A stretch of DNA of 64,000 nucleotides, from assembly GCA_043228905.1 (NCBI GenBank), contig JBHGNT010000002.1, positions 7,998,001-8,062,000 on the forward strand, given 5' to 3'. Positions 39,656-49,700 of the stretch are shown piece after piece; within the stretch, counting starts at the first letter, position 1; each line of letters begins with the position of its first letter. Position numbers and translations under genes: made by a program. Source of the DNA: Azolla caroliniana (taxonomy: Eukaryota; Plantae; Polypodiophyta). The notes beneath the pieces were generated by a model. It was not told the origin of the DNA and did no database searches. It worked only from the letters and a program-made list of their open reading frames with translations.

Positions 39656-39731
39656 CCGCGTCTGGCTCCAGGAACGAGGAATGGGCGGTTACCTGAAGAT
39701 CATCGATGCCCCCGTGCACCCAGATGCCCAA

Positions 39732-39804
39732 GCATGTGTTAGTGTAATGGTAAGGCTTCAAATTATTAACATGGAGGTATAAGGTTCGAATCTTACCCTA
39801 TGCA
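39732..39804 (+). promoter_or_regulatory. Degenerate tRNA-derived segment with Pol III A/B boxes
   Basis: TAGTGTAATGG 39740-39750, GGTTCGAATCT 39783-39793, tRNA-like spacing, partial acceptor pairing GCATG/TATGC. Confidence 0.45.
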
Positions 39805-39997
39805 TGTAATATATATTTTACTGGGTGAAAGCATGAGAGTGGAAACAATTAGCTATGTCCTTGACGTAGCTAATTAGCTATGCAAAAAGCTACCATTGAT
39901 AAATAGTCATTTTAGTAAAAAGCCATCATTAATAAATTAACTATGAAAAAAACTACCATTGAAAATACTAGAGTGTTTTAATTACATATGTAAATGA

Positions 39998-40066
39998 GTG
40001 CCATAAATGTGCAACATAAACGTGCAACATAAATTGACATGTGCACCATAAATGTGTACCATAAAT
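39998..40066 (+). repeat. Short subterminal direct repeats (ATGTGCAMCATAA-like, ~5 copies)
   Basis: Direct observation. Confidence 0.7.
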
Positions 40067-40188
40067 TATATATTGAATTCCTAGGTCCATTATGCATGAT
40101 CCTTTGCCACATCACGTAGGCCATCTCTAGTTGAGTATTGTGGGTTAGTTGCTACCACTGTTGCTAAACCCTATCGAGTCCACCTGCC

Positions 40189-41045
40189 GCCACTCTACAC
40201 TCAGGGGCCGCTACTGTGCATTCCAAGCATCATCAAAGAGCTGTTCAATCTGACGGGGTTCTCTTCTCTGGGCCATTGTACACTCAGGGGCCCCTACTGT
40301 GCGTTCCAAGCATCATCAAAGAGTTGTTCAATCTGACGGGGTTCTCTTCTCTGTGCCACTCTACACTTAGGGGCCGCTACTGTGTGTTCCAAGCATCATC
40401 AAAGAGTTGTTCAATCTGACGGGGTTCTCTTCTCTGTGCCACTCTACACTCAGGGGCCGCTACTGTGCGTTCCAAACATCATCAAAGAGCTGTTCAATCT
40501 GACGGGGTTCTCTTCTCTCGGCCATTGTACACTCAGGGGCCCCTACTATGCGTTCCAAGCATCATCAAAGAGCTGTTCAATCTGACGGGGTTCTCTTCTC
40601 TGTGCCACTCTACACTTAGGGGCCGTTACTGTGTGTTCCAAGCATCATCAAAGAGCTGTTCAATCTGACGGGGTTCTCTTCTCTGTGCCACTCTACACTC
40701 AGGGGCCGCTACTGTGCGTTCCAAGCATCAACAAAGAGCTGTTCAATCTGATGGGGTTCTCTTCTCTGTGCCACTCTACACTTAGGGGCTGCTACTGTGC
40801 GTTCCAAGCATAATCAAAGAGCTGTTCAATCTGACAGGGTTCTCTTCTCTGTGCCACTCTACTCTCAGGTGCCTTCTCTGTGCGTTCTAAGCATCATCGG
40901 TAACTGTTCAATCTGACGGGGTTCTCTCCTCCATTGCCATCATTCTACACTCAGTTGCCGCTACTGTCCAGTCCTGGATTGCTTCCACATTTCGATTTGA
41001 CGGAGTTCACTCATCCAACGGCAACATTCTACACTCAGTTGTCAC
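40189..41045 (+). repeat. 83-bp tandem array (9 well-conserved + ~2 decayed copies)
   Basis: Units start at 40191, 40274, 40357...; similar mini-ORFs recur at multiples of 83. Confidence 0.95.
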
Positions 41046-41260
41046 CATTGGTAGGTCTTGGATCGCCTCCTCAACTGTTCGATCCAACGGAGTGAACTCC
41101 TCTATTGTTCGGTCTTGGATTGCAATAACTTTTCTGTCTATTGATTATCTTGTGTATTGTTGTGTCTAATCTTGTGTATTGTGGAATATTTTTGTGTATT
41201 GTTGTTGCCCATTGCCATCTTAAATACTTGTTTTTTTTTCTGGAAATTTAGGGTTTTAAT

Positions 41261-42010
41261 ATGTCCAGCCAAATGGAAGGGGAAGAAGGGTGTTTAGAAT
41301 TACCCCTCAATGATCATAAGGATAGGGATGATGCTATCAGGACACAACAAGCCATACGAAACTATTGGGCAGAAAAAAAAAGGAAACATCGTCAATTGTT
41401 GAAGGATACGAAAGCCACACTCAGTAATGGTAAGGATAGTTTAGCTGAGAATGTAAGTAATGCGACTACCATCATAGAGAGAAAGGTTGTATACTATTTC
41501 AATGTTCAAACCAAGCACATCAGCAATGAAGAAAAGAAGGTAGTGCTTTATGGAATATGTAATGATCCATCGATAAAGGACTTAGTTGATTGTGATGGTC
41601 TTAATGCAAACATATCATCTATTTTAGTAAATAATATTCGTAATAGTTTCGTATCCATGAGCAGGTCAGAAGATGATCTTGTCTTAAAAAGGTCTAGTCT
41701 AATGATGTTACTTAATAGTGATGTTGACGACATAAACATCAGTGAGCTATCTAAGGTAATTGGTGTTAGTAGAAAAACAGTGTACAATACAATGAACCGT
41801 ATAATTTCCTCGGGTGAAGGAACTAGTCTGCTAAAGCTAACTACAAGATGTAAGCCAATGACACCTATAGCATTTGAAATCAAGGATGTAATCACAATTT
41901 TTTCGACTAATGAGAGTAGGCTTTCACCCAATAAAAAGGATTTATGCAAGAAACGTGTTGGAAGAAATCAATATGAGGAGCATCCCATTCATCTTCTTGA
42001 TGTACCTCAG
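41261..42010 (+). CDS. Sola2-like transposase exon 1 (250 codons; HTH-like ISELSKVIGVSRKTVYN)
   Basis: Ends CAG|GTATTT, a phase-0 donor; splices in frame to 42936. Confidence 0.8.
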
Positions 42011-42935
42011 GTATTTACATTTATCTCAACATTTGTTTTGACTCTACACGGAAAGTTAATTAGCTCAGTTAGCAGAAAAGCTAATTAGCTTATCAGTTAC
42101 ATTTACCTCCGTTAGCTACTAGGATAGCTACTACATAGGTAACTGGCTACTCTCAATAGCTACTACCATGATAGCTAATTAGCTATTCTCAATAGCTAAT
42201 TTAGTTAGTACCAGATAATTAGCTACCAAAATAGCTAACTAGCTACCAAGACAACTAATTAGCTACTAGGATAGCTAATTTTGTTATTACCAGCTAATTA
42301 GCTACTAGGAAAGCTAATTAGCTACCATGATAGCTAATTAGCTACTAGGAAAGCTAATTTGCTACCATGATAGCTAATTAGCTACTAGGACAGCTAATTA
42401 GCCACCATGATAGCTAATTAGCTACTAGATCAGCTAATTAGCTACTAGACCAGCTAATTAGCTACCATGATAGCTAATTAGTTACTAGGAAAGCTAATTA
42501 GCTACCATGATAGCTAATTAGCCACTAGGACAGCTAATTAGCCACCATGATAGCCAATTAGCTACTAGACCAGCTAATTAGCCACCATGATAGCTAATTA
42601 GCTACTAGGACAACTAATTAGCTACCATGACAGCTAATTAGCTACTAGGACAACTAATTAGCTACCATGACAGCTAATTAGCTACTAGAATAGCTAATTA
42701 GGTACTAGAATAACTAATTAGCTACCATGATAGCTAATTAGCTACTAGGACAACTAATTAGCTACTAGGATAGCTAATTAGCTACCATGATAGCTAATTA
42801 GCTACTAGGACAGCTAATTAGCTACTAGAATAGCTAATAAGCTACTAGAACAGCTAATTAGCTACTAGAACAACTAATTAGCTACTAGAATAGTTAGCTA
42901 GTTACGAGAATAACTAATTCCCCTTTATTACGCAG
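42011..42935 (+). other. 925-nt GT-AG intron filled with a palindromic minisatellite
   Basis: GTATTT...ACTAATTCCCCTTTATTACGCAG; join reads HLLDVPQ|VDLFIRFKRMHPNIKV. Confidence 0.85.
42055..42918. repeat. 20-bp minisatellite built on the palindrome (T)AGCTAATTAGCT(A); ~30 phased units at 42301-42900
   Basis: Largely alternating GCTACTAGGANAGCTAATTA and GCTACCATGATAGCTAATTA units. Confidence 0.97.
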
Positions 42936-44777
42936 GTCGATTTATTTATTAGGTTCAAACGAATGCATCCAAATATCAAAGTTCAACTACGAACATTCGA
43001 GTCTCTTAAGCCAGACTTTGTGAGACGCTTAAAGGATCGATACACATGTTGTTGCATTTACCATGTACAGATGGGTTTTCTGAAGGACTTTGTTAATCTA
43101 CTACGTCACCATAGCGCATCCCTAACTAATACAATTTGCACATGTGGGTGCCCAATCTGTCGATCAAGCCCGCAAGAGGAGTGTAAATCATTTGAGCACG
43201 TTATCTCTTCCATGAGTTATTTATTAGATTCAATATTGTGTCCGAGAGAAACTGACGCTATCTTCCATATTCATAAATGTGTCATGGGTTTATGTCAAGA
43301 TTGTGGCCCTACTAGATTTAGGTGGTGTCCAAATGAATTGAGTAGTGAAATATTGATCTCTGTGAAGTTATTTGAGTCAGTGAACACCAATTTCGAAGGA
43401 AAGGTGTGTAAAAGAAAGGATCTAGTTCGGAAGATGCTTAAATTAAGGGATTTGGTGTCTCTGTTTGTAGTATCTCTAGGAAAGTTCATTAAACACAACT
43501 TCATTTATTCATGGCAGGCCCATCAGTTTAAGACTTGCATATCCGATTTCCCAAATGATGTAGTAGTCTCAGTAGTAGATTTCGCAGAGAATTTTACTTT
43601 CAAGCAGCAGAATGAAATTCAATCTATGCATTGGTGTTCAGTTCAGGTAACCATTTTTGTGCACATAACATATTTTCGAGTTTCAGGTGATGTTAAAAAA
43701 GTAATTCATTTCTTTATTTCTGATGATAAGAAGCATGATACCTTGTTTGTCCAACACTGTTTTAAGTTACATTGGCAGTGGTTATTAGCTCAATGTTTGG
43801 AGCTTACTCAACATTGGGTCTGGTCTGACGGAGCTGCGTCACAATTCAAGGCTGGACGTCCATTTTATTTTGTGGGGAGGTATCCTGCTATAACAGGTTT
43901 GGAGATGAGATGGAATATTTTTGGGTATGGCCATGGTAAAGGTGAACATGATGGTGCAGGGGCTGTTATAAAGCGGGCACTTACCCATGAACAACTAAAG
44001 ACATATGGTGTGCACATGAATTGTGCATCACATGTAGTTGAATTTTTAAGAACAAATATGTCAACGAGTGCAACAGGTGTTTATTCCTCGCAAGTCCGAG
44101 ATATCAAACGTGAATTTTGGGAAGTGACGATAGATGAAGTAGATAGGGAGAAGACCTGGGAGTGCCAAGGAATTCCTGAATTGCGATCTCTGCATGTTGT
44201 TCGCGGTTATTCCAGGTTGGATGGTCATTGTATTGTGGTTAGAGAATTGAGTTGTTTTTGCTTCCATTGTGTGCAGGGAAAGTGGAGATATTGTCTAAAC
44301 AAAGCATACATTCAGAATTGGGAGTATCACACTCTAAATGATAAGGAAGCAGTTGATGGAGAAACAGGGCAGAATGCTGACTTCACATATGAGGGACTTG
44401 GAGATACTTTGAGTGATGTCCTGAACGTTGGGGATAACTTCGTTATAAATGCTGAAGAAGGCAATTCAGAGGGTGCTGATTTCTATATATTGAAGTGCAC
44501 GGTTAGTAAACAGTGTGCAAGGCAGAATATTGTAGATGTATGAGGAAATTTTGTATCTGCCGGGACATTCTACATCGAAGGCATTTTTTATGCAAAACTA
44601 GATGACTACGAATATGTGTACAGGCTGTTAGAAGACAAACCATCGGCGTACATGTACTCTCATTTGGTCAGGTGCATCAACGTCCCAATGTCAGAATACA
44701 ATAGCTGCTCAGGTTTATACATTGTTGGTGCTAATGTGTATGAATGTATTTACAATAGAATGCCATGGAATTTGTAG
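42936..44777 (+). CDS. Sola2-like transposase exon 2 (Cys clusters, DDD core); probable premature TGA at 44541-44543
   Basis: F..LKP, C.C.YH, VVDFAENF..QNEIQSMHW..QVT, SDDKKHD, WSDGAASQFK, HGKGEHDGAGAVIKR and C.C..C motifs; frame stays open to TAG at 44775-44777. Confidence 0.85.
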
Positions 44778-45125
44778 CTACAAGTAGCAATTACCATGTT
44801 CTCTTGTAAAACAAACATGTATTTCGCAAAAACAGTTAAATAAATTCGTTTGAGAATTAATTTCTTGTATACAGTCTAATTTCTGTGCTTCTTTCTCAAT
44901 AAAATCATGTCTTTTTTGTTAAGTTTTAAGTTATAAGTTATAGCGAAATAGTCATCAATAGCTAATTAGCTGTACAAATGCAGCTAATTAGTTGTCAATA
45001 GCTAAATAGTCATCAATAGCATGAAATCAACAATCTGCAACATATTCCTCAAATTACACAGTAGATAAGTACAGTGGGAACAAGTAATTAAATTCTTCAT
45101 TGAATAATGTCATCTCTTTACATAT

Positions 45126-46102
45126 TTATAAATTACCATTGGAAATGTCTACAAATCTCCTATAAATAGCTAAGCTCTTGCTAGTTAGTGGAACGAGTCT
45201 ACATATATTATCCGCATATCGAGCTCGGTATGGAGTCCACAACCATGCACCTAGTTGGCAGCTCACTATTTGCACCATGTACTATTCAGGCATTTCCACG
45301 GGTAGAATGAGACAGCATCTCCGAATATTGAAGTAGTGCCGGAAATGTTATGTATCCAAAATTAATGTGTTGTCGGCATTATATTCAGGCCAAGTAGCCC
45401 AAAAATCAGAAAGTCTCTTGAATCTTGCAGCTTCCATTTGCTCACAAATTTCTCGTGCCCATTGACCTTTAAAACGACTTCGCCATTTTGGGAAGAATCT
45501 TGCTGAACACTTCCACACATCTGATTTTGGTTTTTCACTCCAAATAAACAAATCAAAGTATTGCACAACCCACTCTAGAAACTAATTCGCGTCCTTCCTT
45601 GGCTGCATATATCTCACACTCATCAAGACTTTATCAAGCTCCAAGATCAAGGCTCTTCTTTTGACTTCTAGTGGTTTAGGTTTCCATTCCTGAAACTGAG
45701 CCGTTGTTACACCATTTTCTGGTAGGACACGATCAATCTCAATCAGCTCAGGTTCGGCCGACACAACTGGCGTCCTTTTCCTCTTCAAACCCCTAGTCGA
45801 CTGTGTTGGGCCTAGCTTCACATTCTGGTGCTCTTGTTTTGTCGACTTAGTTATCAATCCTTGGATTACCTAGGTGCATGTAGCTACTGATCTGCTCGAT
45901 ATCAGTCCACTGGTATCACATGCTGCATCTACCTACAACACCAAGTCATCCGTGCAACATGCTTGATCAACTTGTGTGACCAGATCACTTGTGTCAGTTG
46001 CTACATCTACTTTCAAGATGGGGCCCTTTAAACACGCCGCAACATCAACAATATCCACACTGCCATTGGCCTTACGAGCAATAGAATCAAACCCTTTAGA
46101 CT
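45126..46102 (-). pseudogene. Accessory gene, last exon: FCP1/NIF-type HAD phosphatase-like domain
   Basis: One frame with 5 internal stops: KRRALILELDKVL...RKDAN*FLEWVVQYFDLFIWS...W.REIC...KRLSDFW...YNADNTLILD. Basic KRKR NLS-like stretch upstream. Confidence 0.6.
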
Positions 46103-46355
46103 CTGCAACATCAGAAAACACCAACATATTCACACTCACAAAGTAACTAACAGTCTCACAAAACAACATCCTAAACATCAAAGAGTTTTAGTCATAGAAC
46201 AACACTCTTCAAATTATCTTGGAAAAACATCATAGAGTTCCACTACATAATGTGGATCAAGCAACAACCAATCTGAGGTTTTACTTGTCCAACAAACAGG
46301 ATAGTAAAACTTCATAAAACCCTAGCAAAATCCCTAAGCTAACAATCATATCCAC

Positions 46356-46758
46356 CTAAACAGTATTTCGCTCCACTACGTCTGGGCCCCTTGACCGAGT
46401 AATTGGTCTTGTTCCTGATCGTGGCCCCTTCTTCAGCCTTTTTCTGGTCGGTTGCCCATTTAGCCTTGCTTCTTTCACCCAATGCGCAAGTGTGTCCTCC
46501 GACAACCTTCCTTCCCATCACCTCAGCAACTAATTGCACATTAGCCGTTTCTTGAACTAGCTTTTCAAGTACAGAGGGATCTGTTTGGACATTTTTAGTA
46601 GTTGGGCTCGGTGGGGTGGAATCAAGGTCTTGAGATTCGAAGAAATGTTGCATCAAGTGTTCATAAACACTATTGTTGTGAACCTCAGTTTTACATGTTG
46701 TTTCCACTATTTCATGGCATTTCATATCGCTGCCTAATTCAGTACACTATTCCAAAAG
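46356..46758 (-). pseudogene. Accessory gene internal exon, 3' half (split by Copia)
   Basis: In frame with 52425-52563 once the Copia is removed (HPILLE*CTELGSDMKCHE); phase-1 GT-AG intron 46355-46103 joins it to the last exon. Confidence 0.65.
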
Positions 46759-49700
46759 TGTAGAAAGTAACGTGCGGAAGCAAGTATGAAGACCGAACAG
46801 AAGGAAGGAAACTCTGGTTTAATGGAGAGCTTGAGCTTACACGGTATACGCGGGAGAGACAGAGAGAGAGAATGCAAAAAACTATATTCAATAATAATAC
46901 TCAGTCTGTACATAAGACGTGCTCAGTGAGCACTTTTATACAAGTCCTAGAAGGACTGACCGAAGTACTGACAGTACTTCAATGCTCATCAAGAGCTCCT
47001 ACACTTACTCCCAAATAATTCCTCACGGAATATCTTTCCTAACGACCTCCCGGTTTATGCACTCGGCCTAACCGATCGGTCCCAACCGATCCGGTCCTCG
47101 GCTTCTTCAGCCGATCCACCCGATGTTGAGCTTGTCTCTCAACACTCCCCCTCAAGCTCAACTCGAGGCTCTTCGGGATCCTCGGGCTCACAACTCCGGT
47201 TCCTCCTGGCTTCACGCCTCGCTCGCGCTCCTTGACCTGTTCGACTCTGCGCGCTTCGACCCTTCCGGTCGGCTTGTCTGCTCATGTGGCCCTCATTAGC
47301 TCTTCTGTTGTTGCGGTGTTGATGCTTCTTCTGCTGTCTTTTCTTCCGCTTGGGCCTCGGTTGATTCAGTGTGTCTGAATCAAACATACGAACCGACTCG
47401 GCTACCTCCGATCGGTCTTCGCTCTCGTCCGAGTTGGCTGTCTCCAACTCGTCTTCGGTCTTCTCGCCCTCGATGGCGTCATCCTCCTCATGCGTGGTTG
47501 GCTTCGGCTCTCTCCTTCGGTTGCTCCCCTTCTGTCTGCTTCCAAACTTTTCCGCGGGTCCGCCCTCGGCTTCTTCAGCCGATCCGATGTCGAACTTGTC
47601 AACCGACTCGGTGTCGCGGTGTCCGCTCCTTTCCTGCTGCCTTGCTTGGTCGTTCGGGACTGTTCTCCCCCTCAAGTTCGGCACGTCAAGGTGACGCAAC
47701 CCGAGCGCACCTGAGAATTTCCGCAACTTGTCCAGACCAAGTGGCTTGGTGAAGATGTCGGCAGCCTGCCGATCCGTCGGAACGTATAGAAGTTCGACTT
47801 CACCGGAAAGGACACGCTCACGAACGAAATGGTAGTGCACCTCAATGTGCTTGGTCCGTGCGTGGAAAACAGGGTTTTTCGCGAGCTGGATGCTGCTGAG
47901 GTTGTTGCAGTAGATCGTCGTCGGATCGGACACCTCCTCTTGCAGGTCCTTAAGTAGCCGCTTCAACCAGATGGCTTCGCATGTCGCGACAGCCGCTCCT
48001 CGGTACTCCGCTTTGGTGCTCGACAGTGCAATTGTCGGCTGCTTCTTACTGCTCCACGCTATCGCGGCACTCCCGAGGGAGAACGCGTATCCAGACGTGG
48101 ATTGGCGATCGGCGGCATTGCCAACCCAATCAGCATCGGTGTAGCCGACTAACCGCGTGGCTGCACCGGTCCGATATAGCAGTCCCCGGTCCTTAGTGCC
48201 ATTGACATACCGAAGTATGCATTGCGCACACTGAAGGTGCTCCTCGGTAGGTCGCGCCATGAACTGATTGATCACCCCGACCGGGTAACTGAGGTCAGGT
48301 CGGGTGATGGTCAAGTATATGAGGCTTCCGACAATTTGTCGGAACCTCGTCGCGTCGCATACCTTTCCCGTATTGGGACGAAGCTTGACGATTCTGTCTA
48401 GAGGAGTCGAGACGGACTTACAGTCGGCCATGCCGAGCTTGAAGAGCATACTCAGCACGTAATGACGTTGGCTGATCAATATGCCTTCGGGGGTACGGAT
48501 CACTTCGATCCCGAGGAAGTAATGAAGGTCCCCCAGATCCTTCATGTCGAACGATGCCGCAAGCTGGAGCTTCACGCGGTCGATTTCACCTAGGTCGGCG
48601 CCGGTGATGACCAAGTCATGAGCATACAGTAAAATACTAACTGGTCCGAGTCGACCTTTCCGGATGAACAGGGAGGAGTCCGATTTTGACGTGACGAAGC
48701 CCATCCGACGCAGTTGTTGCGTGATCTTCGCGTTCCAGGCACGCAGGGCTTGCTTCAGTCCGTAAAGGGACTTCTTCAGTCGGCATACTGCTGAGGAGTT
48801 CGTTCCGGAGTGAAATCCGGGGGGCTGTACCATGTACACCTGTTCCTCAAGGTCACCTTGCAGGAACGCATTCTTTACATCCATCTGATGTAAGTGCCAC
48901 CCCTTCGCCGCAGCTACTGCGAGCAAAACACGGACGGCCGTCATTTTCGCGACCGGCGCAAACGTCTCATCGTAGTCGATGCCGTGTTTCTGCGCGTAGC
49001 CCTTTGCCACTAGCTGAGCCTTGTACCGGTTGACCGAGCCATCGGTGTTGTACTTGACCTTGTACACCCACCTACACCTGATCGGCTTCACACCCTTCGG
49101 TGCGTCAACTAGGTCCCAAGTCTCGTTCTTCGCCAATGCGTGCATCTCTTCCTCCATCGCGGCACGCCAATTCGCGTCTTTAGCCACTTCTGCGTAGCTG
49201 TCCGGCTCACGCACTTCCGTTACACGGGTCATGTATGCATAATGATGCGCCATGTACTCGTTGTATCCGAACCGCAAAACAGGATTCTTCTGGTGGGTAG
49301 ATCGGCGTAATCTCACATTAGCCGATGTCGAGGCCTTCTCGGTCGACGCGGTCTTCAGCTTTAAAGACCCGTCACCGGTTCCCTCGGAGTCGAACTCGCG
49401 TCGGTCTGACTCGTTCCTTTCCGTGCCGGAATCCGACACCTTCTTCTTCCCTTTCTCTTTGCGCGTAAGCCGTCTCCTCGGCTTCCTGCACGGCGAATGC
49501 ACGGCCGAGTCTCCACTCCTCGCCGGCTCTTCACCGGACTGGTCGTACTGATTCAGTTGTCCAATCGGTCCACTTAACCGGAGTGAAATCGGACTCTCTT
49601 CACGGGTCTCGATTTCGGGTTCATCCGGAGGCATCTCGGCCTCGCTGACCTCATCGTCAGAGCTCGGATTGGAGTCGAGGTTCGTAGTCGGGGGTAGGTA

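Larger units (their letters stand above)
26571..39730 (+). mobile_element. Non-chromovirus Ty3/Gypsy (5' LTR ~26571-27074, gag-PR-RT-RH-INT to ~32646, tail 39656-~39730); 3' LTR not in window
   Basis: PBS TGGCACGCCC (tRNA-Arg-type) at 27078, CCHC knuckles, IIDGGSGVNVI protease, [18 protein letters not shown] and YYPQANGLAE integrase. Right boundary approximate. Confidence 0.85.

Noticed and set aside
39656-39800. Terminal inverted repeat or TSD of the Sola2-like element
   Set aside because: The other end lies outside the window, so no TIR can be demonstrated.
39732-39804. Functional tRNA gene
   Set aside because: D, anticodon and T stems pair poorly; kept only as a tRNA-derived remnant.
40189-41045. 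CRISPR array, or repeated small genes (60-67-aa ORFs)
   Set aside because: Head-to-tail repeats without unique spacers, no cas genes, eukaryotic context; an 83-bp period is not a multiple of 3.
42055-42918. CRISPR-like repeat-spacer array
   Set aside because: Spacers are only ~8 bp and of two recurring types.
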